A stretch of 62,969 nt of DNA, filler included, from Parasitella parasitica NRRL 2501 (Eukaryota > Fungi > Mucoromycota), in NCBI GenBank assembly GCA_025201805.1. It is 10 parts of 10 records of this genome, joined end to end, with 100 filler letters (N's around TTAATTAATTAA, not from the genome) between each part and the next. Parts side by side here need not be neighbours in the genome. Positions count along the whole stretch, not along the records: positions 25,544 to 40,082 come from MU619357.1; positions 40,183 to 42,518 come from MU619565.1; positions 42,619 to 44,442 come from MU619603.1; positions 44,543 to 46,035 come from MU619628.1; positions 46,136 to 47,407 come from MU619521.1; positions 47,508 to 56,062 come from MU619313.1; 4 more parts are not named here. One strand, 5' to 3'. Below, piece by piece: positions 38,794 through 51,438 of the stretch. The notes beneath the pieces are model-generated. The model did no database searches and was not told the origin of the DNA. It worked only from the letters and a program-made list of their open reading frames with translations. Positions within the stretch are counted from its first letter, which is position 1, and each line of letters begins with the position of its first letter. The position numbers and the translations under genes were made by a program.

Positions 38794-39732
38794 ATGGTCG
38801 CTACACAAGCTGAGAAGATTTGCAAGCAAGTCAATTTTTATTTTTCTGATAGCAATTTGCCATACGACAGGTTTCTGTGGACTCTTCGTGCCAACACTCC
38901 TGAGGGCTGTAAGTATACTCGATCTGATACGTACATTTGACATGACAGCTGAGCTTCTTTTGTCAAATTGAAGGGGTCCCAATTGAAACTATTGCCAGTT
39001 TTAAAAAAATGAAGATGATTACTGAAGATTTTGATGCTATCGTTAAAGCTTTGCAGGAAAACGAGAGCGAAATCTACGAGGTTGACAAAGATGGCAAGAA
39101 CATTAGAAGAAAATCTGAAGTTGTGCAACAAAATCATAACGAGCGTTCAATTCACGTCAAAGGTTTTCCTCTCATTGACGAGGAAGCCAAAGATCAAATC
39201 GCGGAATTGTTCAAACTTCAAGACAAAATTGATGATTTCTTTAGTGAAAAGGGTACCGTGTTATGTGTTAGAATGAAAAAAACTGATGTCAAACCCAAGA
39301 AGTTCAAGGTAAATCTACATATCAGTGATTTATTGATGTAAATGTCGCCTCTGACTCGATTGAATGTATATGCTTTTATAGGGATCCTGTTATGTCGAAT
39401 TTTCCTCTTCTGAAGAGGCCAAGAAAGTTGCAGAGGAAGCTGATGTAGAGTTTGATGGTAACAAGCTTGAAATCCTTTACAAGCCACGCTACCACGAAAT
39501 CAAGGCTGAGCAATACAAAGACTCTCCTACCAGAAAACACAATGATAGCTTTAACGCTTTCAAGCCAAAAACTCAATTCGCTTCCAATAAAAGAAAGAAT
39601 CAGGGTGGCTTCAACAACGGTAATAAAAACAACAAGAAATTGAAAGCTGGTAATGAAGAAGAAGTAAAGGAGGAGGAAGTAGAGGAGCAAGTAGAGGCCG
39701 AGGAGAATGAAACAATCAGAAGCGAAGAGTAA
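38794..39732 (+). CDS. LHP1: La autoantigen homolog (La motif + RRM), 3 exons
   Basis: KICKQVNFYFSDSNLPYDRFL..EG|WVPIETIASFKKMK, ERSIHVKGFP, KKFK|GSCYVEFSS; stop TAA 39730-39732. Confidence 0.92.
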
Positions 39733-40726
39733 TTTATAATTATGAACAAAGTAGATTATCTTTTGATAAATAAGAGTTATCTAAAAAAAGTATGCTGGGA
39801 AACTCGCCTGGGAAACCAGCTTGGAGGTCTCCCATTTAAAATAATTGAAATTCAGATTTTGACAAAATAAAGTGATATCATTGGATAAACTCTTATGTTA
39901 TTTGACATGAAAGTGTACCTAATGCATTGAATACTGGTGTCTTTATACTGTTAATTGATTATTCTTGTATATATTCACTATAGTAGATTTTCTACTGAAT
40001 ATTTTTTATTGTCTAAGGTTATTTTTAATATCTTTTAAGCAGTTTATAAAAGAGCTTTACTAAAAGAAACATCGAGAAAGACNNNNNNNNNNNNNNNNNN
40101 NNNNNNNNNNNNNNNNNNNNNNNNNNTTAATTAATTAANNNNNNNNNNNNNNNNNNNNNNNNNNNNNNNNNNNNNNNNNNNNTAAAAGTCTCCAGTTGTG
40201 TATTTGGAGTTTTACTGTGAGAAAGTCTTTATTACGTTAAAATAGCACATTTGCACAAAATTTCGGTGTGCGCTTTATATTGGGTAAAACAGAGATAATT
40301 TTAAAGAGAACACAATATTCCAAATTATACGGGAAAAGATGCTCTCTTAAAAAAGAATATATACATAATTTTAACGATTGCTTTGTCAAACTCACATTTA
40401 AGAGCAACTTGATTTGTGTCAATAGGAACAGAAAGCGCTTGGTATGCAGTAGTTTACGCAACCTAAAAAAAAAGCCTTCTTCTTGTGATTACAGTTATAT
40501 TTTGTTGTTTTTGCTTTATTTTACACGTTCGTTGAACGGAACAAATATTCAGTTTGTAGAGTGTAAAGACACTACTAAGAATCTAGAGAATACTGTACAT
40601 TATCTATTAGCTTTAGAAGTATGTCATCCACAATCTTTATTCATACATTAAAGTATAAAAAATTGGACTATTTGGCCTAAAATCAAAATTTAGGTTTTTC
40701 TGTTTAATCCAGTTAATTTTCAATAA

Positions 40727-41019
40727 TGTTGTGCCAAAAAGGCATGAGATTAAGCAATTATTAGATTGGTAATTCTTTGTATAAAATGACAAGGAATAAG
40801 CTATTTGTGTACAATAGAACATGTAATAAACTTGGTATTACATACCAAGTTCAATGTTTAACCATGATGACAACTAGTTTTACAATAATAGCTCTAATCT
40901 AGTATAAAAAGATGGCATTTTCTTATCAATAAAGTCATTAGTTTTTGTGTCTGATTTTATTTTTATAACGTTATACATTTTTTGAGCAGATCAAATTTAT
41001 ATATCCCCTGCGCATAACA
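40727..41019 (+). mobile_element. Solo LTR family A (293 bp), TSD AATAA
   Basis: TGTTGTGC...GCATAACA, AATAA at 40722-40726 and 41020-41024; near-identical to 24170-24459. Confidence 0.88.
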
Positions 41020-42633
41020 AATAATACAATGTAATTTAATCTTTGCATATTAAGATAGAGCACCAGTTCTTGTATCAGTTTGTTTTATTATGCATGGAGA
41101 CTTTGTCATGAATTTGGCATCAAATATATGCAATGAAAAAAATTACAAAATGTTTTTTTTTTTGACAAACTGAACGATTTAAAACAAAAAATGCGCTTGC
41201 TTTTTTAAATTCAGCTGAGTGCTCAATCAAAGGCTTTGGAGGTATAATTGATAACTATAACATGATATATCAGTATGGAATCATCTCTTTTCCAGAAATC
41301 AGTAGGAAAAGATAGATCATAATCTCTATATTTTGAATACAATGCCAAAAAAAAGCACAAAATACGTTATAATCGTGTAATATCTTCAAAATAATACTGA
41401 TGTATGTCGCAAATTTCTCAATTTCGCTTATTTGTTTTAAGCAGTGTTGAGATACGAGAAACAACCCATATGTCAATTGTAATACACCATTCGAATGCTA
41501 CAATGCATTCAAACTCGGCTGCCATAAGTAAAAATCTAGATCAGAACAATGAGACTTGATATAACTGTTTTTCCCCTTTTTTCCTCTTTTCATCAAGACT
41601 TTAGATTGAAATAACTTTTCTTCCAAACAACCAATTTTCAAAACATAAAAGATATTCTATTCAACAACATCAAGTTTACTTATCACATAGCTTTGGTGCA
41701 CCAGATTATAGTTTTTCCCCTAGTTTAGCCACTTTATATTGTTTGCTGTGTTGCATGCATTTACTGTTTACGCAAAAATACGGTCACTGTTAGGCAAAAT
41801 AAAAAATTGGCAACTCACCCCCCCCTTTTTTTTTGCTGCTTCTTTACTTCTACTACGCTATTATGTTACTATTATATATTCTTATCTTTAATTATCTACG
41901 ATGCAAACGCATGCACTTTGTATTCATTATTGCTGGTATTATACGTTGTACCTCTTTGATAGTGGGAAAGCCGAGTTTTTTCTTTAAAAACAGTAAATAT
42001 TATCCACGCTTGCTAAAAGACGCTAACTAACACTCTCATACGCGTTTTTTATAGAATCTATCACAAGAAAACAATCTACAGGATGGCGTGTTCCTAGTGC
42101 AGTAATTCATTCAGGTATTATTATTTATCATGTTTTCGTAAGAGCTTTTTTACTAACTGAAAAATCTTTTTTGTTCTACTTTTGTAGTTTGGTTCTCTCT
42201 TCATGTCAAGTGGATGGCCTATCATTGAAGATGGCAGAACCGCTAATTGGATATGAAAAAAACCGTAAGTTGGAGTGTTACAGAAGCATGTAGGCTGTTT
42301 CTACTCATTGACTGTGCTTACCCTAGCAGTTGTTGAGATGGGCCATTTTATTCGAAGCTGTGAAGTGTGGTAAGGCATTTTTCGGCTATTTAGGGGGAGC
42401 ATTCAATGAAATTTTACCAATTTCTATTTTTGGTCAACTTTTAAGCTCCGCCCTACATCAAAACAGGGGGAAACCCTGTTTTTTTGTTTTTAGGATTTAG
42501 GTGTTGACTTAGCCAAATNNNNNNNNNNNNNNNNNNNNNNNNNNNNNNNNNNNNNNNNNNNNTTAATTAATTAANNNNNNNNNNNNNNNNNNNNNNNNNN
42601 NNNNNNNNNNNNNNNNNNATTCCTCGTTCTACA

Positions 42634-44380
42634 CTAAAGATTTACTATATTGCCAGCATCTACAGACATGTCTTGTTCAAAAACATGATAGTTTCCTATC
42701 ACACTATATTTCAGCTCGTCATCCAGAGATTGAACAAGTCCAACTTGCAACAAAATATCGTCAATCTTGATAACAGCATATTTTGAGTCGATCACTCGTT
42801 CGTTCCCTATGGCTAGCTGTTGCAATCGACTTTGGTTCATGTAGACCACTGGAATGGATTTGTCGTGGCTTGCAACTGTATGCCTTTTCATCACTTCGAC
42901 AAACGCCAAAAAGTATCTCTCGCCTTGAAAGGTATGCTCGAAGAAAAAAAGTATTGTGCCAACAAACCAGTGAGGAATGGATCGACCATTTATGCTGTGT
43001 CTATGGTAGCTTCTGAACATGACGTGATGATTTCCTCTTCTAAACTCTCCAATTTTTTTTCTGTAGCGTTCACAAGGGATTTCGATCGTATCTACCCAAG
43101 CTCGCAATGCAACAACAAAGACCAGAGCACCTGGAGCTGTCAAATCAGCATCAGAAAACAAACGACGATAAAATTTGGCCAGCGCTTTTTTGATCTTTCG
43201 AATCGTAACGCTTTCAAAGGTTTCATCCAGAGCAGCATTTCGGAAATCGTGGTTTTCGAATGGTTCCCACAACTGATTAGATGTACTGGCATGATCCAAG
43301 TAACTGGCGGAGGAGTATGGTGAAGGGCGAATACCTTGCAAATAACTATTCGTGTCAAAAGTTCTTTTGACAAAGTTTCGGATTGCCACAGTTTCAATCA
43401 AATTTGAAGCCTGCTTGTGGGTTTGAACTTTGCCAGTAATCAAATCGCTGAATTTACCAATGGATCTATGTATCATCAATTACGCACATGAGTTGGAGGT
43501 AATTTATTTTATAAAAGCTGCTATTGTCTTACCTTTCCTGCGATCTTGTAGAGTATACAACAAGTGGTCCTTGGCGCCGAATGATCCAGGATATGTGCGA
43601 AAGGTAATGCATTACAGGACGGAAAATAGAAACAGATAGCTCTCTTTCATCTCTCTTTTGTCTACAATAGTTGTGAAAAAAGGAAATGCAATCTTGGATC
43701 TCATCTAAACTGTCTTGAGTAAACCTCCATTGCAGAGAGAGACACATTCCACGGGTAAGAGCCATTATTGCTTTTCTTGCCTCTGAATCTCTTAATTCTG
43801 GCACTATCAAGGTTGGTACAACATACTGTACGTCATAAAATTTAAAGAGACTAAATCAGCATCTTTTTACCATTATTTCAAAATTCAATTTACCAAAGCA
43901 AAATCAAGATAGTCTACTGCTCGAGCTCCTCTAGTATTTCCAATGATGTTCAAAAAAGATCCATCGAATGCCACAGGAATATATTGTCTCGTCTGGTCTA
44001 TTCCTTCACCAATTTCTTTCAGTCGTTGCTTGGAAATGTAAAATGGATAATTTTGGATTTCAAAACCTTGATCCTGATGGCAATAATAGAACTTTGTATT
44101 ACTTGGAGAAAGAGAAACCGTCAACATTTGATACAGCTCTGAGGCTACACCGCGACCAAGAGTATGGAGCTCGTCAAAAACTAGAGTCTGTGGCCCGGCG
44201 AATACAGCAAGCTTAGTGATCAAACTGCGACCTGAAAAACCACGATTTGGATCAGCATCCAAATAATCTTGCCTTGTTCTTAGAGGAGCATCAGAATCTG
44301 GAAAGTACATTCCATGCGAACGATTATCTGGATGGACTCCGCGAGAATAACAGATTCGGCAACCCAAGGCAGATGAGTGA
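42634..44380 (-). mobile_element. CACTA/CMC-type DNA transposase fragment (intron-containing), bounded by gaps
   Basis: GCRIC, D-ELH-TLGRGV, and HYLSHI..I...GPL..YSTRSQER|SIG (H-x-L-x-H..GP..ER motif of CMC/EnSpm transposases). Confidence 0.75.
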
Positions 44381-44542
44381 TACGCAGCTCTTGAAAACTC
44401 AAAGACGCCTTCGCAAGTAGGTTAAACAGAAATGTCGATTTCNNNNNNNNNNNNNNNNNNNNNNNNNNNNNNNNNNNNNNNNNNNNTTAATTAATTAANN
44501 NNNNNNNNNNNNNNNNNNNNNNNNNNNNNNNNNNNNNNNNNN

Positions 44543-44864
44543 TTCCCTCTAGCCTTGCTATCTGGACTGCTTTAACATCTTTTTGTTCCTTAAATATGGC
44601 AGAATTAGATGAGGATTTGCTGGTTGCACTTGGTGCTGGGTTTACAACGCTCTGGAAATATCACTGGCGAAGTGTCATAGACATGGAACCTTGGATACCT
44701 TCTGTTGCTATTAATATTTTCAAACACGATCATAGTTCTTTAATTTCTTCTCTTTTGTCTCCTACAGGTGTCCAAGCTGACCCCTTGACCCTGTCTATAC
44801 TTAATACATAATTCATACTGAAAGATTAATAAAGATACACTTTTCATACAAAAAAAAAAAAAAA
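44543..44864 (+). mobile_element. 3' end of L1-like LINE (ORF2 C-terminus, AATAAA, poly(A))
   Basis: TLWKYHWRSVIDMEPW resembles the LINE ORF2 C-terminus after the zf-RVT; followed by AATAAA and an A-run at ~44849-44864. Confidence 0.7.
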
Positions 44865-44865
44865 A

Positions 44866-45371
44866 TCTCCCATAATGTCTTCATACACGATATCTGCACT
44901 GTGATGCATGTCATGGTCGGTAATTACCCACATAGTATCTCTATTTATTGATAGCCTGACAGTTGATTCCAAATCGTCCTGTCCAAAGTTTGCATCTACG
45001 AGACTAAAATGCGGAAGGCGTTTACTTTTCCATAAAATACTGATGTTAGAAATTATTGCGACATCGAACCAAAGTCTAGGTGACAAAGTACGCCCTAAGA
45101 AGTGCCAGATATAAGGGTCACAAGGGCCTTTAATTTGTAGCAAGAAGCTCAAAATAATTGGCGATGATTGTTCAATCAACATGTCGATAATTTTGTAAGC
45201 AACTTCTAGTGGAAAATAAGCCAAGCGTTTAATTGCAACGTTATAAATGAATCCCGAAAATGCTCCATTAGGCATCGTAAGTACTGGGAGTCTTTCAAAA
45301 ATGTTTAAGCCTTGAATTTGAGTCATTATTAAACAGATGTATTTTTCAAATAATAAACGAGATTTATACAT
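44866..45371 (-). CDS. Orphan ORF, 3'-truncated by LINE poly(A); divergent from Tc1-like HTH gene
   Basis: ~170-aa open frame with upstream TATA-like TATATAAGG (minus strand, ~45386-45394); no recognised domain. Confidence 0.45.
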
Positions 45372-45567
45372 TGTTTTGAAACCGTCCTTATATATGGAGA
45401 AATAGAACGTAAATTATGCAAGATTTTCGGCAAGTCTGTTTTATAGCTGACCATCTCGGTCGATTTGCCCTAAATTTTGTGCTTATAGAAAAGCTATAAA
45501 TTGGTATACCTAACTAGCAAAAAAAAACACAATTTTTATCCTACAATCTAATAACACTGAATACATC

Positions 45568-46035
45568 ATGCAATTTAACAACACTGAAGTTGAATCCTTA
45601 ACTTTGATGGAACGTTATCGTAATGGAGAAGACTTTGCAGAAATGCAGACTGACTCTGAAATGGACGAAATTGATATGGATATTGCAGAAGCTCTTGACG
45701 AAGATGACAGAGTCATAAAAGCCGGCGGTAGACGTCTCTTAAGAAGAAAAGCTGAGAAAAGAAAATACACAAACCACCAATTGGCCCACTTTATCAACAT
45801 GGTATCTGAAATGATTCCCATTAAATTGGCCGCAATGACTGCTGGCATCTGTAGGTCGACAGCTTACTACTACTGTAATCTGTATAATCAGCGTGGATTC
45901 ATTCCCGAGAGAATGCCTAGAGGACCTAAGAAATCCTCCATTTTGGGCAGTGAGCACATAGAATATATAGTAAGGCTAGTAGATCAGCGAGGAACCATTA
46001 CTTTGGCAGAGATGAGAGTCAAGCTCATGGAGGAT
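45568..46035 (+). mobile_element. Tc1/IS630-like transposase N-terminal HTH region (runs into gap)
   Basis: RKYT..QL..FI...IKLAAMTAGICRSTAYYY (HTH), RGPKKSSILGSEHIEYI..VD....ITLAEMR (second HTH); TATAAA at ~45495. Confidence 0.7.
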
Positions 46036-46135
46036 NNNNNNNNNNNNNNNNNNNNNNNNNNNNNNNNNNNNNNNNNNNNTTAATTAATTAANNNNNNNNN
46101 NNNNNNNNNNNNNNNNNNNNNNNNNNNNNNNNNNN

Positions 46136-47407
46136 TAATCAGCAAATTTAAGTGTACGAACAATGAGCTCGTGTTGTAGCTTTTTCGAGGATGCAGCTGA
46201 GGTGGTGCTTTTCTTCAATGAAGTAGCTTTTACACCTGCATGCTTGCCATCTGCAGACGCCGAACCCAGTTATATTACCTTTGTTATTTTCACAGGAGAG
46301 ATTTTCATTTTAATATTTGACTTTGTCGCCTTTATTTTTGAAACATCTCTTCTTTTCCTTTTTATACTTTCACCACCATCAGCGTAGTATCTCCCCCCCA
46401 GAAGATGTCGTGCAGAAGCATCTGCATCTGCATCTTCGTAAAGCCGAGATAAAGCGTCAGGAATGACATTAAATACACCAGGCAAGTGCACAATATCAAA
46501 ATTGTATGAAAATATTGTTTCCCACCACCCAAGCATTAAAGCATTAGGTATTTCTTGAGTATTCAAGTAGATGAGACTTTTGTGGTCAGTATGAATTGTG
46601 AAATCACGCATATACTGTTTTAATATACGAAATAGATATACAATTAAAACTGGATATATTTATTTGTATATAAAAAATAATATAATTCTTCTATACACAA
46701 CATTTGCCTAGACTATTTACAGTATACTCCTCGAGTGCTGACATCGGTTGCATGCTTGTGGAATCGAGGCTTAATAAACTTGCACCAGATAGAACCAATT
46801 ATCAGCCATGTGTTGCTAGTACAAGTAATCGTAAAACAGTTATTACCAGAAGGAGACAGGAAGGATAGTGGTCTTGAGAAAGAGTAAAATCCCCTTGTGG
46901 TATAAAGGATTTCTAATGAGTGTAACCATGGTATAATACTTTTGCATAATTGTGAGAATACCCAAGTTGGATCTCAGGCACAACACCAACTCAACCACCC
47001 ACCTCGCTCAGCCTTTACATCCTAAACATATACAGAAAGTGATGAACCTTTTTCAAAGTAAAGCAAATACCTAAAAGTTCACGCTTGGTTGTACTGTAAT
47101 TACGCTCAGAGACGGTCAGTTTTCGCGAAACAAGACCAACATACCGAATTTCACCATCAAATACTTGGTAGAGAATAGCACCGAGCGCAGTAAGACTGGC
47201 GTCAGTTGCTAAATGAAAGCGAATTGAAAAATCTGGAGGTGACATTACTAATGCCATTGTAAGAGCATCCTTCAGGGCAGCTACAGCTGTAGTATGTGCT
47301 TCAGTCCATACCGTTGTCAAATCTTTATACTGCTTAAGAGAATCTAGTTCTCCAGTCAGACGAAAATGACAAGGAATAGAGTACCTAAAGTAGGACATCA
47401 AACCTGT
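46136..47407 (-). mobile_element. Ty3/gypsy pol fragment (RT connection + RNase H) interrupted by solo LTR
   Basis: WTEAHTTA..LKDAL, PPDFSIRFHLATDAS..LGAILYQ, SRKLTVSERNYSTTKRELLGI, FLY|MRDFTIHTDHKSL, IVHLPGVFNVIPDALSR. Confidence 0.92.
46616..47028 (-). mobile_element. Solo LTR family C (413 bp), TSD TATAC
   Basis: TGTTT...AAACA, TATAC at 46611-46615 and 47029-47033; removing it rejoins the RNase H reading (..FLYMRDFTIHTDH..). Confidence 0.92.
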
Positions 47408-47507
47408 NNNNNNNNNNNNNNNNNNNNNNNNNNNNNNNNNNNNNNNNNNNNTTAATTAATTAANNNNNNNNNNNNNNNNNNNNNNNNNNNNNNNNNNNNN
47501 NNNNNNN

Positions 47508-47789
47508 TTCACAGTGATATTCTAAATGCTTGGTGATGAATCAATCACTTATTCTATTTTTAGTGATTGTTTTTAAAGTTTAGTGATGAATAAACGTCTG
47601 ATCGCAATTTTTTGAGTGGAAAATGGTTCGCGAAAAACTAAAAGGGAGTTCTAATTGAAGCTTACAATGTTTGAGTGATTGAGTTCTACATTTTGTGTGT
47701 AAAATCTAATCACTGGTGCTTATTTTGGACACCTAGTTGCTAAAGCATCACCAGTAGTTAGGATTTTATCACACAAGTTGGCCATGGTG
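47508..47789. mobile_element. Terminus of CACTA/CMC-like element (..GGCCATGGTG) with ATCACT/AGTGAT subterminal repeats
   Basis: Reverse complement begins CACCATGGCC; many short ATCAC/GTGAT repeats; similar end at 59441. Confidence 0.55.
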
Positions 47790-48359
47790 CGTTTCCAACT
47801 GTCGAGTCAAAGTGCTAAGGTTTGTTACTTGAGATGACCCTTGAATGCGACCAATGCTGGTAATGGTAGCCTTGAAGACTGCCAGTTTCAATTCTTCGAT
47901 TTCTGCATTAAGTTCCAAGCGTTCGTCACTAGTAATTGATGATACAAACTCTATATTTGTTTTTAAATTAGCATGATTTACATTACTAATATTCTCTTTG
48001 TAGTTACCATAGGGCACATTAGATTTATTGTTTTGATTTTGATTATTCGCATTTGACGTACTATCTAGAGCTTCGTCGCAAATAATCGCAGAATCATTAG
48101 GTGCACTCTGTCGAGCTTCACCATTGAAGGTAGGTAGGGATGTACTCTCTCGAGTTCCATCTAATTGGGCTTATCCGGAACCACCGATAGCCATAGCCTC
48201 TAGTTGATCTTGCATGCCATTCGAGGTACCATCGATATCCATAGGGACAATCTTGGAATTCAGTTCGAGTCCCTCGTTGGAGGTAGTGCCAGTAGAAGAA
48301 CCAGAAGTTACAGTAGCAGATTCCTTTTGGAGTTTGTTTGAGTTGTTAGAAGCCATCAT
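47790..48359 (-). pseudogene. Degenerate N-terminal part of a probable LTR-retrotransposon gag
   Basis: Ser/Asn-rich start followed by a helical segment LELNAEIEELKLAVFKATI, broken by stops and cut by the CMC terminus; assignment by context and resemblance only. Confidence 0.4.
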
Positions 48360-48614
48360 AGTAGTGAGTAATAAACGAGATTTATAATAAGATTAAAAAA
48401 TGATTTATCAGATAGAAATTAATCAGGTAAAGATCCGTTTATTACATTCAAAAATAGAGGGTTTATATGTATACTTTCTATGAACTGAGGGAAGCGATGT
48501 GAGGATAAAGGTTTTAGTGATGAGATCCGGGAGATAGGGTAGACTGTATCTATCCCAAATGTCATGTCATATTATTTTATGATCTGATGTTTACTCTTCA
48601 GTATGAGTTTATAT

Positions 48615-49046
48615 GGATCTGCCATAATGTAGGTTAGGAGATCATGATAGTGTACTTCAATTAAAGATTGGATATTGTCCAATGATGTGTTGTTATACTG
48701 GTCGAAACAGGAGAATAAAGTCTTTGTTTCAAATCAGGAAGGTTATCTGTAACACAGATCTGTATGATTGACAAACAATAAGGTACTGTCAGATCAAAGA
48801 TCAATAACCTTGTAGTATAATAATATATCGTACCCTGTTAAGGATATGATGTTGCTTGCAAATTATTCTTATCGATTAGTATCGACTAGTATTTTAAATA
48901 AGTCACCAAAAATTTATGTTGTTGTAAAAAGTATAAATAGCAGATGCAAAGTTGAATCTTTAATAAAGTAATCTCAAGTTTTCGTATCTCGTTAATTCAA
49001 CGTTTTATATTATACTTTTCTTATTTCGATCTTGCAGATCTCAACA
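48615..49046 (+). mobile_element. Solo LTR family B (~432 bp), probable TSD TATAT
   Basis: Aligns end to end with reverse complement of 24689-25105; TATAT at 48610-48614 and 49047-49051; first base reads G rather than T; TATAAATA then AATAAA near 3' end. Confidence 0.7.
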
Positions 49047-49204
49047 TATATTATATTGACATCCGGTTTTAGAATTGATACATCATGGGGTTTCCTGCGT
49101 TATCAGAAATTGCTAGTAGTTGTTGTAGAGAGTCAGCTAAATTATCCATGTCAGAAGAAGGTGATGAAAGCGCAGCCTCGGATTGGAATTTAAAGTCTTG
49201 GAAA

Positions 49205-49348
49205 TTGCCCGTCATGAAACCTGACTGTTGGCGGCTGATAAGTTTAGATAGGTGAGGCATAAGGCGATCTTCGAGTGTACGAGTGAAGATCTTAGCATCA
49301 CAACAGATCATGGATAGCGGACGCCAATTCTTCAGATTAGACAGGTTG
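49205..49348 (-). mobile_element. L1-like LINE reverse transcriptase fragment
   Basis: NLSNLKNWRPLSMICCDAKIFTRTLEDRL..LISRQQSGFM = non-LTR RT domains 1-2; cut at the CACTA terminus. Confidence 0.85.
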
Positions 49349-50040
49349 CACTATGGCCACCCCGATGCTCTCATCAGAATATAGATGTGCATGCACGAGT
49401 GTTTAGGATGTAAAGGCTAAGCGAGGTGGGTTGTTGAGTTGATGTTGTGCCTGAGATCCAACTTGGGTATTCTCACAATTATGCAAAAGTATTATACCAT
49501 GGTTACACTCATTAGAAATCCTTTATACCACAAGGCGATTATACTCTTTCTCAAGACCACTATCATTCCTGTCTCCTTCTGGTAATAACTGGTTTACGAT
49601 TACTTGTACTAGCAGCACATGGCTAGTAATTGGTTCTATCTGGTGCAAGTTTATTAAGCCTCGATTCCACAAGCAGGCAACCGATGTCAGCACTCGAAAA
49701 GTATAAATAATAGTCTAGGCAAATGTTGTGTAGAGAAGAATCATCTTATTTTTTATATACGAATAAATATATCCAGTTTTAATTGTATATCTATTTCGTA
49801 TATTAAAACAACGAGAACATTTTTTAGAGCCAAAAAAAGTGCTCATCGAGCTAAGTTAAGGCGATAAATGTGCTCATGCGAGAACAAAAATTGAAACACC
49901 TTAAATGATCACATTTTTATGCTCAAATGAGCACATAAATTACTAGTTTTATAGGCTTAAAATTACGCTCAAAATGCTTGAAAAAATGTGCTCATGAAGC
50001 GAAAATGTGCTCGTACACTCAAAAAAATGTTCTCAAAAAA
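49349..50040. mobile_element. Left terminus of CACTA element (CACTATGGCC) with TGCTCA/TGAGCA subterminal repeats
   Basis: CACTA begins exactly where LINE RT homology stops; dense GTGCTCA(T)/TGAGCAC repeats 49830-50040; interrupted by solo LTR. Confidence 0.65.
49400..49810 (+). mobile_element. Solo LTR family C (411 bp), TSD ACGAG
   Basis: TGTTT...AAACA; ACGAG at 49395-49399 and 49811-49815; inverted copy of 46616-47028. Confidence 0.92.
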
Positions 50041-51438
50041 GTACAATTTGCGTATAAAAATGTAGCTTTAGCTTTTGTTTATTTCTCAATTTTTGTAGTA
50101 TGGACCAGTAATCTGTTACAGCTTTGATTTCATATCGTCACATACAGTATTCTCTTGATTATGTAGCCTTTAACTGACACAGGCAATGATGGAAAACAGT
50201 GCAAGATTAGCTAATACCTGATTTGAAATTGAAGCAGCTACTGAGGTATTTGCTATATATAAAAGAAAAGTGCATGAGTATAATAAATTTTGTTGACGAC
50301 AATAACAAATAACCACCTACATTAACTGTGAAAAGAGATGATACACTAGATCATATATAATACTCAAAAAAAGAAGCAAGGAGGCAGCCTCTTGAAAAAA
50401 AGTAGCAAGGTTTAGCTTCATAACTTCTAGAATCCAGGGCAAAAATAAACGGCAAACCGCTCATATTATCGTATATGTTCAGATACTGGGCACAAAATTA
50501 CACCTGTAGCATGCCTAAATAATAGAAGAGATCTAGTTTTAGTGTATATTAATAAAGCAAAAGAAGCAAGCCAAAAAGTATTCAATACTACCTTGCCATT
50601 GACACCGAAACGACGTAATGCAAAAAAGTGATTCATACATAGTATTATCTTTAGCTATTGCCTACATTCAGCAGTAAAAGAAGTCAGTCATTTAGTTGCT
50701 GCAAACAATTTAATGCATATAGCAATACCATGCTCTCATATGAAAGATTGAACCGAGCAGAGCCTCTATATACTGTATTATTGACAAAAGAGTTAATAGT
50801 TTGTTAGAATAAACTCGAATAAATACCATGATAATAGCAATACATAAAATATGTAGCGTATCATTTCTTCTTACCAAGCTATACTGCAAGCTTTTCTTTT
50901 ATAATAGAAAAGAAGCTATAATTTTTTGTCATAAAGCTACAGATACGTGAAGAAGATGTTATTACTCTGTATAATGTACTTATATTTGGGATAAATGTGC
51001 TAACATTGTATGTCTTTTAAGTTAGAATACCAGTTTATAAAGTTGTAAAAAGATAGATAAAACAAAAGAAAAAGGCTAAGGAAAGCTAACAAAGAAGCTA
51101 AAATATGCATTCGGTCATCACAATATATGCAATGTTTTAGGCTAAGCATGCAGGAAGAAGCCAATGGAAAAACACCGCTACAAGATTTCATCTCAACATT
51201 TGAAAGCAAGACATGTACAAACAAAAATATACTTTATTCAAGTATATTGCTACTGGTGCTAGCATTATCATCACCAGTGGCTTTTTTTTTTCATCATCTT
51301 CAGCAACACCTTGGTTATTAACAGTAGGCACTTCTTCCTCAATTTTTGGAGCTCTCAAATAAACATTTGTATGATCGTGCGAGCATAAATAAACTTTTAC
51401 TCAAAACAGATGCGATCTTTGGAATGCAATATCTCAAC

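Noticed and set aside
50040-51424. Possible multi-exon gene remnants on the minus strand
   Set aside because: Short exon-like pieces but no continuous frame or recognisable motif; probably decayed CACTA internal sequence.
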